Part shown: positions 19,855 through 29,900 of the stretch, in pieces
Layout: each line of letters starts with the position of its first letter
Numbering within the stretch: position 1 is the stretch's first letter
From: Deltaproteobacteria bacterium
GTDB lineage: Bacteria > Myxococcota_A > Polyangia > JAAYKL01
Reading direction: 5' to 3'
DNA: 64,000 bases
Assembly (NCBI GenBank): GCA_016937015.1
Contig: JAFGWT010000161.1
Span: 11,130 to 75,129, forward strand
The notes under the pieces: generated by a model
Told to the model about the DNA's origin: nothing
The model's input: the letters and a program-made list of their open reading frames with translations, nothing else
Databases searched by the model: none
Translations under genes and position numbers: made by a program

Positions 19855-21657
19855 GTGCTGCAGAAAGGCAGGAAGAGAATGATTCGTTTTTCTCATGCAC
19901 ACATTGTCCTTGTGATTCTATTGCTCTTTGGTTGCAAGACAGGCAGTGTGAATGAAGATACTTTAGGGAATGGCAGCTTGAGGGTTTCGGCGAAAAACAA
20001 CTCTGCGAGCAAAACACAACCAGAGGTCGGCACAACAAATGATCTCAGCGACGAGAATAGTGCGGCTCAAACTCCTGATTACGCGGGTTCGCCGCGCAAA
20101 CAGGATGAGACCATTAAAGCCGATATTATTTTTAACATACGCACCAATGCTCGGAAACATCAGATTTCGCCGTACATTTATGGGATTAATCATCCTCAAT
20201 GGGGTCCCCGTCCCCGAGGCATAACGCTGGTGCGAAATGGCGGAAATCGGCACACTGCATACAACTGGGAAAACAATGCATCTCATGCCGGGGTGGACTA
20301 CTATAACCAGAACGACGATTATCTTGGAAATCCCAATGTACCGGGTGAAAATCGAGTCGAGTTTATAAAAAAAGCTTTTTCTCACGGCGCATCTGCAATG
20401 GTGACGATTCCAATTCTTGGATACGTGGCTTCTGATGGTAAAACCAAAGGCGATGTGAATCAGACACCCAATTACATGAGCACACGGTTTTATGTGTCAA
20501 AGGCGCGTAAAGGGGCGCCGTTTTCGATGACACCGGATTTGAGTGACAAGGTCGTTTATCAGGACGAGTTTGTGAATTTTTTGGAAAAATTGTTTCCCGA
20601 TGCCAGAACTGGCGCAAATAACGAAATTTTCTATTCCCTCGACAACGAACCGGGATTGTGGGCCACGACGCATCCGCGACTTCGCGGTGCTGAGAGCGGC
20701 AATCAAGGAAAACCGGTTACATATGCAGAGCTGATTAAAAAGACAATCGAGTACGCGGCTGCAATTAAAGACAACTCGCCCAACGCGAAAATTTTTGGTC
20801 CCGTGTTGTATGGATTTGCTGCGTTTGAGAATCTTCAGTCCGCACCGGATGCGAATGGTAGAGATTTTATTGAGTTTTATTTGCAGCAGATGCAACAGGC
20901 CGAAAAGAAAGAGGGGCGGCGTCTGGTGGATGTACTCGATGTGCACTGGTATCCTGAGGTAAATGTGCCGAAGGTTGGCAAGAATATTACTTCGACTACT
21001 GCTTTTCCTGAACTTGTTGCCGAGCGAATTCAGGCACCGCGTTCTCTGTGGGATGAGGATTATATGGAAAAAAGTTGGATTTCACAGCGTTATCTGAATG
21101 AGCCAATTGCCTTGTTACCTCGCCTGCAAAAGAAAATTGACAAATATTATCCGGGTACAAAGATTGCCATTACTGAGTATTATTATGGAGGCGGTAACGA
21201 TATTTCTGGGGCCATTGCCCAAGCTGATGTGCTGGGTATTTTCGGTCGTGAGAATGTGTTTGCAGCAACTTTGTGGAAATTGGCCGAGAATAACGATTTC
21301 ATCTGGGGCGCGTTTGAAATGTTTACATCATATGATCAAAAACAGGGAAGATTTGGTGATTTATCAGTTGAGGCAACGTGTTCAGATGTTGTCAATTATT
21401 CCATTTACGCGGCGTTGGACAGTGGGAATCCGGGACGAATGACGATAGTATTGATCAACAAAGCTGAAAAATCTGTCACAGCCAGCCTGGACGTTGTTCA
21501 TGATCGCCTGTTCCAAAAAGCGGATGTGTATCAGATAACAGCAAAAGACTCAAACCCAAGGAAAGCTGATTCTATTTCCATTAAAAAGGAGAATGCCTTT
21601 GAGTATACATTGCCCCCGCGCAGTATAAGCCTTTTTGAGCTTACAGTCCAAGGCTAG
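19855..21657 (+). CDS. Glycoside hydrolase family 44 (endo-beta-1,4-glucanase/xyloglucanase-like) lipoprotein
   Basis: Long collinear similarity to GH44 catalytic domains recalled from memory: ISPYIYG, GGNRHTAYNWENNASHAG, SLDNEPGLWATTHPR (acid/base Glu codon 20647-20649), FGPVLYGFAAFENLQSAPD, VLDVHWYPE, RIQAPRSLWD, YYPGTKIAITEYYYGGG (nucleophile Glu codon 21175-21177), IAQADVLGIFG. The likely start is ATG 19879 (MIRFSHAHIVLVILLLFGC, lipobox) with AGGAAG upstream. Confidence 0.85.
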   Translation: MLQKGRKRMIRFSHAHIVLVILLLFGCKTGSVNEDTLGNGSLRVSAKNNSASKTQPEVGTTNDLSDENSAAQTPDYAGSPRKQDETIKADIIFNIRTNARKHQISPYIYGINHPQWGPRPRGITLVRNGGNRHTAYNWENNASHAGVDYYNQNDDYLGNPNVPGENRVEFIKKAFSHGASAMVTIPILGYVASDGKTKGDVNQTPNYMSTRFYVSKARKGAPFSMTPDLSDKVVYQDEFVNFLEKLFPDARTGANNEIFYSLDNEPGLWATTHPRLRGAESGNQGKPVTYAELIKKTIEYAAAIKDNSPNAKIFGPVLYGFAAFENLQSAPDANGRDFIEFYLQQMQQAEKKEGRRLVDVLDVHWYPEVNVPKVGKNITSTTAFPELVAERIQAPRSLWDEDYMEKSWISQRYLNEPIALLPRLQKKIDKYYPGTKIAITEYYYGGGNDISGAIAQADVLGIFGRENVFAATLWKLAENNDFIWGAFEMFTSYDQKQGRFGDLSVEATCSDVVNYSIYAALDSGNPGRMTIVLINKAEKSVTASLDVVHDRLFQKADVYQITAKDSNPRKADSISIKKENAFEYTLPPRSISLFELTVQG

Positions 21658-22163
21658 AAAAGCTTTCGTATCCTGGCTGCGATCACGGCCAAAAATGCAA
21701 CACTCAGTGCGCTAAATTCAATTACCCAGTTTAATTGTACGCCATTTCTGTCACGATACAAAAAAGCATCAATTGCGTGAAGCGACGTTGAACGCACCAG
21801 CGAAAATGCAAATAACAAAACGAAAACAGCGAGGATAAACTGCTGAATTCGAGACCAGTTAAACCGCTTCGCCAATACGAAAAGTACGACCATGGAAACA
21901 ATACAAAGGATTGCAATGACAGCGAGTGTCTTTAATTGTAATTCAGCGCGCGAAACATACCAGTGGTTATAGAACGCGTCTTTCTTTAGAAAACGGGTGA
22001 TTTCACTTGTTAATTTAAATTGCTTGTTTAAAGCAAGCACGATAGCGAAAAAACTGAGTATGCTCCACGGATATTTGTTGCTGGATTTTCGTGTTATTAG
22101 AATTAACAGGAAAAAAATTACCCAGTAAATGGCGATACTTCCCCACCAGATAAAGTCATTCAT
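21654..22163 (-). CDS. Small polytopic membrane protein, paralog B (unknown family)
   Basis: The likely start is ATG 22163 (MNDFIWWGSIAIYWVIFF). It has 4-5 TM segments and shares the LALNKQFKL and VQLNWVIEF motifs with the upstream paralog. Confidence 0.5.
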   Translation of the reverse strand: MNDFIWWGSIAIYWVIFFLLILITRKSSNKYPWSILSFFAIVLALNKQFKLTSEITRFLKKDAFYNHWYVSRAELQLKTLAVIAILCIVSMVVLFVLAKRFNWSRIQQFILAVFVLLFAFSLVRSTSLHAIDAFLYRDRNGVQLNWVIEFSALSVAFLAVIAARIRKLF

Positions 22164-22761
22164 TTTTTCTTTGCTTTCTCCTGCCGGTGGCAATATTGAC
22201 GATGGCAGCGGTTGCAAGAGTAAGCGCACCCAAAATTTCTATGAGCCAGTTGAGTTTTAGTCCGCCTGTAAACACTGACAGTTTAGGCATTCCAACGCCA
22301 TAAAATGTACCAGCTCTGACGAGCACAAAACGCACTATCATTAACGCGCCAAGCATCAGAATCACGTATTTGCGCCACGTTTTTCGAATACGCCACAGGA
22401 TCCATATCAGACCACCCAAGCTGATTATTCCCATCCCCAACAGAAAATATTTTTGAGATCGTTTTCCCAGCTCATATATATCCCAGTGTTTCGCCAGCAG
22501 TTTCATCACCTGAGTAAACAGTGTCTGCAAATCCAGCTGTTTATTTACTGCCAGAAATAGAAGTATAGTACTGATAAACCACCAGATGAATCGATGCGTT
22601 TTCAAATCCTTGTTTCCGAAAATATGCCTTGCACGAACGGCACACAGCGCGCATGCCACTGATGCCAACATGTACGTAAAAACGGTTGCCCAGGCAAGGG
22701 GATATGGGTCTCCAACTTTGGGACGCCAATGTATTTGGGAAAGTATTTCAAAAATATCCAT
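22156..22761 (-). CDS. Small polytopic membrane protein, paralog A (unknown family)
   Basis: 201 aa with 5 TM segments. Motifs LAVNKQLDL and LKLNWLIEI align with paralog B. An 8-nt overlap with paralog B suggests co-translation. Confidence 0.5.
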   Translation of the reverse strand: MDIFEILSQIHWRPKVGDPYPLAWATVFTYMLASVACALCAVRARHIFGNKDLKTHRFIWWFISTILLFLAVNKQLDLQTLFTQVMKLLAKHWDIYELGKRSQKYFLLGMGIISLGGLIWILWRIRKTWRKYVILMLGALMIVRFVLVRAGTFYGVGMPKLSVFTGGLKLNWLIEILGALTLATAAIVNIATGRRKQRKNE

Positions 22762-22922
22762 ACATAAATTCTGTTAAGTCGAATGCCCCGATTGGTCAAT
22801 CGATTTGTGTGGCGCTTTTTTGATTGACCAGTTTAAGAAAATTATGGAAAGGCTTTTCGGTCACACTGACATCACAACGAAGGCAAGCGATAACTGCAGA
22901 TTATGTGGTTTATTTTTTTAGG

Positions 22923-24899
22923 TTATACATGGTCAGCAATAGTGACGGTGCGCAGTTCCGGAGAAAGTGGGGAGACTTTGATTGTTGGCGGTGCATCCAG
23001 CAGGTATTGCGTTGAGAGTAAGAAGCAAATGAGCATGTTGTCGCGATACCCCAGTTTCTCTGGCACGTTGCGCTCGTATTTTGAGATGAACCGATTGACC
23101 ATCGTACTGTCGAAAACGCCATAATCTTTTAATTTTTTTTCTGAAAGCAAATCCGACGCGCGTTCGGAAAGGGTTCCGCCTGCGAAAAATGATTTTAAAT
23201 CCGGCGCCATATACGGCAGTTTCGGCCGGTCAATAATCGACGCGGGTATGTCTTTTCTGAATGTTTCCCGCAGAATGTGCTTCTGCGACAACACATGCAT
23301 TTTGTAGGCAGCGGGATAATGGAAAGACTGTTCAATGAGACGGTGATCCAGGAACGGATAGCGGCCTTCGACACTGTGTGCCATTGACATTCTGTCTCCT
23401 TGTGAAGAGAGCAGATAACCCGACAAAAGTGTGCGCATCTCCATGTATTGGTTTCGCTGAAGCAGTGACCAGTCGTAATAATCTTTCGGAAGTGTTTCTT
23501 TTACATCTGCTAAAAGTTTTTCTTTATCCAGAACGACCTTTCGGTCACGGTTGAAGTAATTTTTTAAAATGGAATTGTTGCTGACACGGATGTTCAATGA
23601 TGCCATTTCGTTATCATAGCTATCGAGAAACCCTTCGTAGTACATGCGCATGAGACCGAACTGACGTGGGTCATTGAAGTGTTTCAAATGAGGGTACAGC
23701 CTTTTGATCAGTTGCGGTCTCAGCTTTGACTCGGGATGCTTGGCCCAGAATTGCAGCAACTTCAATTCCTTGTATGAGTCGTATCCCCAGAGCACTTCAT
23801 CAGATGCTTCTCCTGTCAGCACCACTTTGAAACCGGCTTTTCTGACTGCGTCTGAAAGTAGATAAAGCGGCACGGGTGCAGTTCGAAATAAGGGCCTGTC
23901 TGTATGGTGGATTACATTGTAAAAGTTTTCCTCTACCATTTTATATGAGATTTTTAACTCGTAATGTTCAGAACTAAGCTGACGAATCATGTCCTGCTGG
24001 TACGAGGATTCGTCAAAATCGTCATCTTCAAACGCCACAGAAAACGTTTGAAGACGCTCACGATTGATTTGCGACACAAGATGTGTAATGACCGACGAAT
24101 CGATGCCGCCGCTCAAATATGCGCCAACCGGAACGTCGCTGCGTAATCGCAAACGAGTCGCGTCTTTGAGCGTTTCACGGAGTTCGGCACATGCCGCATT
24201 GAAGTTCGCTGGCAGATCGGGAGTGCTTTCGCCAAGGGAGTAGTACCGTTCCTGCACACTCAATCCATCGGTTGAGTAAATTTCGTAGGTGCCACCTGGG
24301 ACGCTGCGAATGTTTTTATATACCGTTTTGTCGGCCAGCGTATTCCAGAACAGGGCATGCTCAAAAAGATTGTCCATGTCCAGTTCCCGGCGGTAACCGG
24401 GAATGGGGTCGAATGCTTTAATCTCTGAAGCGAAATAGATGGCCCCCTGGTGATTCAAAACATAGAGCGGTCGAATAGCGTAACGGTCGCGTGCAATAAT
24501 CAGTCGTTTCTCCTGTCTGTCCCAGAGCAGGAAGGCAAACTGTCCATTGAATTTTTTTACCGCGTCCATCCCCCATTGCTCATACGCTTTGATAATGACT
24601 TCGGTATCGCAGGTGGTGTGAAAAGTGGCGCCCAGTGATTCGAGCTCAGCACGCAATTCGATGTGGTTATAGACCTCGCCATTAAAAGAAATAACATATT
24701 TGTCGGTCATCATGGGTTGATGACCGCCGGAAAGGTCGACGATTGAAAGTCGGACATGACCCAAGTGGATGCCGTCGGAACTGTAAGTCCCCCAGCCATC
24801 CGGTCCCCGGTGCTCGATGGTGGCGAGCATTCTTTCGATTAGCCTTGTATCTGTACTGGCACTGAATGCCTTATTTAAAATTCCTGCGATACCACACAT
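22923..24899 (-). CDS. asnB: Asparagine synthetase B family glutamine-dependent amidotransferase
   Basis: 658 aa. It begins MCGIAGI (Ntn nucleophile Cys2), has GH(Q)PM-type glutaminase motifs and the PP-loop YLSGGIDSSVITHLV. It lies 17 nt downstream of the ACP gene on the same strand. Confidence 0.9.
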   Translation of the reverse strand: MCGIAGILNKAFSASTDTRLIERMLATIEHRGPDGWGTYSSDGIHLGHVRLSIVDLSGGHQPMMTDKYVISFNGEVYNHIELRAELESLGATFHTTCDTEVIIKAYEQWGMDAVKKFNGQFAFLLWDRQEKRLIIARDRYAIRPLYVLNHQGAIYFASEIKAFDPIPGYRRELDMDNLFEHALFWNTLADKTVYKNIRSVPGGTYEIYSTDGLSVQERYYSLGESTPDLPANFNAACAELRETLKDATRLRLRSDVPVGAYLSGGIDSSVITHLVSQINRERLQTFSVAFEDDDFDESSYQQDMIRQLSSEHYELKISYKMVEENFYNVIHHTDRPLFRTAPVPLYLLSDAVRKAGFKVVLTGEASDEVLWGYDSYKELKLLQFWAKHPESKLRPQLIKRLYPHLKHFNDPRQFGLMRMYYEGFLDSYDNEMASLNIRVSNNSILKNYFNRDRKVVLDKEKLLADVKETLPKDYYDWSLLQRNQYMEMRTLLSGYLLSSQGDRMSMAHSVEGRYPFLDHRLIEQSFHYPAAYKMHVLSQKHILRETFRKDIPASIIDRPKLPYMAPDLKSFFAGGTLSERASDLLSEKKLKDYGVFDSTMVNRFISKYERNVPEKLGYRDNMLICFLLSTQYLLDAPPTIKVSPLSPELRTVTIADHV

Positions 24900-24916
24900 A
24901 AATCTCTCCGCTGAAC

Positions 24917-25174
24917 TTATTTGATTTCACCGCTCATTTTTAACTCGATGAATCGTTCCATTTTGTGAATGGATCCAAAGTATTCACGAATCATGTCGTT
25001 TTCCGTCACCTTGATGCCAAACTTTTTTTCCATGAACGCGGCGATTTCCACCAGTCCAAAAGAATCAATGACGCCTTGGTCAATCAGTGAATCACTGTGG
25101 TCGAAATCGTCTCGCTGAACAAAGAAACTGTTGCAAACAAAGTCCAGCAACGCTTCCTGGATGTCAGATGCCAT
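24917..25174 (-). CDS. Stand-alone acyl/peptidyl carrier protein
   Basis: 85 aa from ATG 25174 (MASDIQEALLDF...). It has the phosphopantetheine site GVIDSFGLVEI, with the Ser codon at 25061-25063. The extra 21 N-terminal residues in track ORF 24917..25237 are probably not translated. Confidence 0.8.
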   Translation of the reverse strand: MASDIQEALLDFVCNSFFVQRDDFDHSDSLIDQGVIDSFGLVEIAAFMEKKFGIKVTENDMIREYFGSIHKMERFIELKMSGEIK

Positions 25175-25573
25175 AAATCTAACCCCTTTCATTCTGTATA
25201 CGGTTTGGCAAAAGCAAACCTGCAATCCTACTAACAATTACTATAGTATGCACGCCTGTTCTGCCTGCCAATGCTTTTGTTGGCGCAATCTTATGCATAA
25301 TTCTGCAACTGTGTACACAGGAAACTGTCTCAAAATTGTTTGGCACATATATGTAACGTGCTGTTTTTATGGCATTTCGCTGATGTCACCGGTATCGTGG
25401 ATTGACACTGGGGCAGAGGATGATAAAGTTCGACCTCAAAGAGAACTCATACAAATCTAACAGATTTGCCAGCAGCGCGCAGTTGAGAAATCAAAAGTGA
25501 TGCGATCGCGGCAGATATATTAAAGTGGTGCGTCTGGGAGTATTCCGAGTGCGTATCATGGACGGGTTTACTG

Positions 25574-26911
25574 GTGATAACAGTGCACACAAAAATTAAT
25601 TTAACAAATATCGTAATGGACGCTGACGCATCAAGGGGAACTTATGCCGTTGACCTGCCTCAAACCAAAGCAAGGCTTGAAATACAGGATATTGCCAATC
25701 GCCAAAACGTGGTGGGGCAATTTGCACTGGTGTCCGAGACGGCGCCTGGCACCTTTGAGGCCGTGCGGGACCCTCTGGGGATAGGAAAGATGTTTTATAC
25801 GGTACTGGAAAGCGGTGAGCTGCAATTTTCGCCCCAATGGCCCAAACTGTTGCAGTATAAAACACCCGTTTTTTCACTTCCCAGAGGCCAGCATGTTCGA
25901 TTGTCTGCAGACGGCACAAGGACGCTTATCAATGATTTTACACCTCGGACCGATCTGGCGGAGAAGCTCGTCAATCCCGACATAAAAACAGCCGCACATT
26001 TCACAGACAGTCCCCAGGGTAAACTGTTTCAATCCCTGCTTCAAGAGAGAGTTGATGCGGCGTTCTCAGTCCTGGCGGCACTCGAAGACAGTGGTTTCAG
26101 TGTATACATTGCACTTTCAGGCGGACTGGATAGCGCTATTATTGCCAATGCGGCAGTAAAACATCTCAGGCACCCGGTTGCCTGCACACTGGATCTTGGC
26201 AAATCTGAAGATGCTGAAAAATCTGCTCTCATAACCAGTGCGATTGGAATACCACAGGAGATATTCGCCACGAGTGAGACCGAAATTCTGGACGCTGTTG
26301 CTGTGTCACCATCACTTTGTCAGGATTATCGTGATTTTAATGTTCACTGTACCGCGCTCAATGTGCTGCTTGCCAAAAACATTCAGCGCCTGGCGAAATC
26401 CCACGGTGTTCCTGAAGGTAAAGCCATCGTGCTTACCGGGGATACCATGAATGAGCTGACATGTGACTACCACGCCGAGGAAGTGGATGGCACCATTTAC
26501 TATCGATTGCCAAGAGTGAATTCGAAAATGCTGCAGCAAATGCTTGTTGGGGGGCTTGATACATCGGATCGGGAATTGTTGCCGTTTTTGAATTATGGCC
26601 TGTCATGCATCCAACCCTATGCGGTTGCTTATGACCTCTATACAGCGCTGCCTGAAAATGTGTTGGAAATTGAAGACATTAAAAGAGCATTGAACGGTCA
26701 TCTGGTACCCGGCAAAGTAATGGAGATGCTGCCCAAAAGCAAACTGCGTGCTCAGGTTGGCAGCAAGGAAAGTATGGGCGTTCTGGGACTCTGTCATCAG
26801 CGAGGTATCAGTGAAAGGAATTTTTTGGATAACCTTATTGGCAAGCCGGATTCCGAAAAGAAGCTGGTCCCAATAACTATGGGCAGATGGGAAACAGAAA
26901 AATTCAAATGA
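25574..26911 (+). CDS. AsnB-homologous ATP-dependent amide-forming enzyme lacking the N-terminal Cys nucleophile (beta-lactam-synthetase/CarA-like architecture)
   Basis: RDPLGIGKMFY resembles the AsnB N-domain motif, and IALSGGLDSAII is the PP-loop. Neither candidate start (GTG 25574, ATG 25616) is followed by Cys, so no Ntn glutaminase is expected. Confidence 0.65.
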   Translation: MITVHTKINLTNIVMDADASRGTYAVDLPQTKARLEIQDIANRQNVVGQFALVSETAPGTFEAVRDPLGIGKMFYTVLESGELQFSPQWPKLLQYKTPVFSLPRGQHVRLSADGTRTLINDFTPRTDLAEKLVNPDIKTAAHFTDSPQGKLFQSLLQERVDAAFSVLAALEDSGFSVYIALSGGLDSAIIANAAVKHLRHPVACTLDLGKSEDAEKSALITSAIGIPQEIFATSETEILDAVAVSPSLCQDYRDFNVHCTALNVLLAKNIQRLAKSHGVPEGKAIVLTGDTMNELTCDYHAEEVDGTIYYRLPRVNSKMLQQMLVGGLDTSDRELLPFLNYGLSCIQPYAVAYDLYTALPENVLEIEDIKRALNGHLVPGKVMEMLPKSKLRAQVGSKESMGVLGLCHQRGISERNFLDNLIGKPDSEKKLVPITMGRWETEKFK

Positions 26912-26920
26912 GTTATTGGT

Positions 26921-29900
26921 CTATTTTTTTCGTCGACGCTGTTGAACCATCCGTCGCTTTTCTGCACGCTTGTGAACCTCACTAAAATCCAATGACGAAT
27001 CCCGCCCAATCTCATCGAGATACCGGCTTTGCTCCCGGATACAGGTATATCGAAAAAGAAATACGGGCGACAATGTCTGGCAAAACGTTTCGTTGAGCCT
27101 ATTTGCCAGATGAGCAGCCAGAATCGATGTGCCGCCTACGTCAAAAAAGTTCCGTTCAACCCCAATTTCGTCAAGCTTCAGTATTTCTTTCCAAATGTCG
27201 AGGACTTCCATCTCTGTATCTGTGGTTGCTTTTTGACCGGATGAAGAATTTTGAATACGTGCCTGGATAGACGGCAATCGGCGTCTATCGACCTTACCGT
27301 TTGAGGACAATGGGATCTCGTTTACGGTAACAAGCACGTCCGGTATCATATAGGATGGCAGTCTGTGGGCTAACTGATGGCGAACGTGCGATTCATCCAG
27401 TGGCACTGAATCAGAGAGTACAATGTAGGCCACCAACTGGGTGTCGGCTGTATCGCTGTTGATTACAGTGACAACCTGTTGGATGTTTTCAATTTCTTCT
27501 CTGATGGCCACATTGATTTCTTCCAATTCAATTCGAAGACCGTGGATTTTAACCTGTCCATCCATTCGACTGATATATTCAATGTTTCCGTCCGGCCTAA
27601 AACGTGCCCAGTCACCGGTCTTGTAGAGTCTGCCTTTACCTGTGATGTCAAAAGGATCTGCTATGAAGCGTTCAGCCGTTAAATCTGAACGGTTGACATA
27701 CCCCCTTGCCACCTGAACGCCACCGATATGCAGCTCCCCAGGAACACCGATGGGAACAGGATTCAGGTAGGCGTCTAAAATATATATCTGGGTATTGGCA
27801 ATGGCTCGGCCAATGGGAACTGAAGCTTTTGAGTCCTCTATGTGACATTCCCAGCTGGTGACGTCCACAGCCGCTTCTGTTGGGCCATAGAGATTGTACA
27901 GGCCGACGTTGGAGAGAGAAGAAAGACATTTGTCCTGCAATGGCCGCCCCAGTGCCTCCCCACTGCAGATAATCCGTTTAAGACTCTCCCTGGCGGTCGC
28001 CAGTGACGGGCTGCCCAGAAAAACTTCGAGCATGGAAGGCACAAAATGAATCGTTGAGACTTTAAACTGGCCAATCAATTCACCAAGGGCAGCCGGGTCT
28101 TTATGGGCTTCTGGGGGTGCGACTGCAAGACGCGCACCGGATACAAACGGCCAGAAAAATTCCCATACAGAAACGTCAAAGGTGAAGGGAGTCTTTTGCA
28201 GCACCACATCATCGGAATTCAGCTGAAACGCTTCCTGCATCCAATTAATTCGATTGCAAATGCCGGCGTGACCGTTCAACACGCCTTTGGGACGTCCTGT
28301 CGATCCGGAGGTGAATATAATATACGCATCATCCGCTTCTGTAATACCAACATCAGGATTTTCAACGGACATCGCATTCAGCTTTTCCTGAATTTTGTCG
28401 AGAAAAACCGTGCATGTGCTGTTGTCGCTTTCAATTTCAACGCCTGATACCTGCAACACAAATGGCACCTCTGCATCTGCAAGCATTTGTTTCTTTCGAT
28501 CAGATGGAAAATCCGGTTCCATAGGCACATAGATGCCGCCAGCTTTAACAATAGCGTGCAACGAGATGACCATTTCCAGTGAGCGTTTCAGGTGCACCCC
28601 GATGCGGGTTCCTTTTTTAACGCCCATATCCATGAGGCAGTGCGCAAGCTGGTTACATTTTGCATTGAATTCACGGTATGTCAGCGCCCTTTTCTCTGGC
28701 ATTTCAAGTGCGATATTATCTGGCGTTTTGATTGCCTGGCGTTCAAGAAACTGGTGGAGACCATCAATTGGAGGATACGCTTTGCGGGTATCATTCCATT
28801 GCTTCACTATCAAATTGTATTCATTACTTTTAAACAGGGAGACTTCATGGATTTTCAGATTCGGATTCTCTGTAACCGCTGCAATCGCCTGTTTAAAATG
28901 CGAGACCAGTCGTTTTGCCGTTTCATTCTCCAACAGATCCGAAGTGTACTCGAAATGACCGCGAAGTCCGTCATCAGACAGCCACAGGTTCATTGAAAAA
29001 TCCAGCTGTGCCCCGCCGGCGTGAATCTCAATAATTTGAGAGTTAACGCCATCGAGAGCCAGAGACATCGGGTGTTCGAAGGTAAACAGGGTTTGAAATA
29101 ATGGATTGCGACTCGAGTCGCGCGGCGGCGCGATAGCATCAACAATCTGCGTGAATGGCAGGGATTGATGACGATGACAAATGAGCATTGCCTTTCGGAC
29201 CGATTGCAACAGCGCCGAGAATGTCATGTCTTCTGTTGCTTTTACTGTTAAGGGGACGATATTCATAAAGCATCCCATTGTGTCCCTGTGTTCGGGGCGA
29301 ACCCGGTTGGTGAGTGGAATGCCAACAGTAATGACGTCGTCACGGGTATACTTTCGAAGCAGTAATAAATAACAGGCCAGCAACACCAGATATGGTTGGG
29401 TTACTTCCTTCTGACAAAATGAACGAAGATTTTTCAGTTCTTCGGTGGATCCCGATATCGTTACTGTTGCTCCTTTGAAAGAGGGGCTGGATGGACGCGT
29501 AAAATCACAGGGAAAATCCAGGCCCTCCGACATGTTTTGATATTCCGCCACCCAAAATGCTTTTTCCTTTATCCCAGGCTCATCGTTGAGCCAGTTCGAA
29601 TACCAGTCGACGTAATCCTGGTATGTGCTCTCAGCGGACAACCCGTCCGCTTTTCCAGTTTTTAAGAGGGAATTGTAGGTTTGGGAGATTGCCTGCCCAA
29701 GCATGTCCTTGGTTTTCAGGTCAATAACACTGTGGTGGGCCGACAGCGTTAGATATGCATTGCCATTTTGAACCGGGGCCAGCAATGCTCTCAACAGCGG
29801 TCCAGTCGCCAGATTGAACGGTTTGGATGCGAATGCTTTAACGGCATTCAGTGCGGCTTCATCGGTGTTGTATGTATCGGTTGGTGTTTCAAGGGACGTT

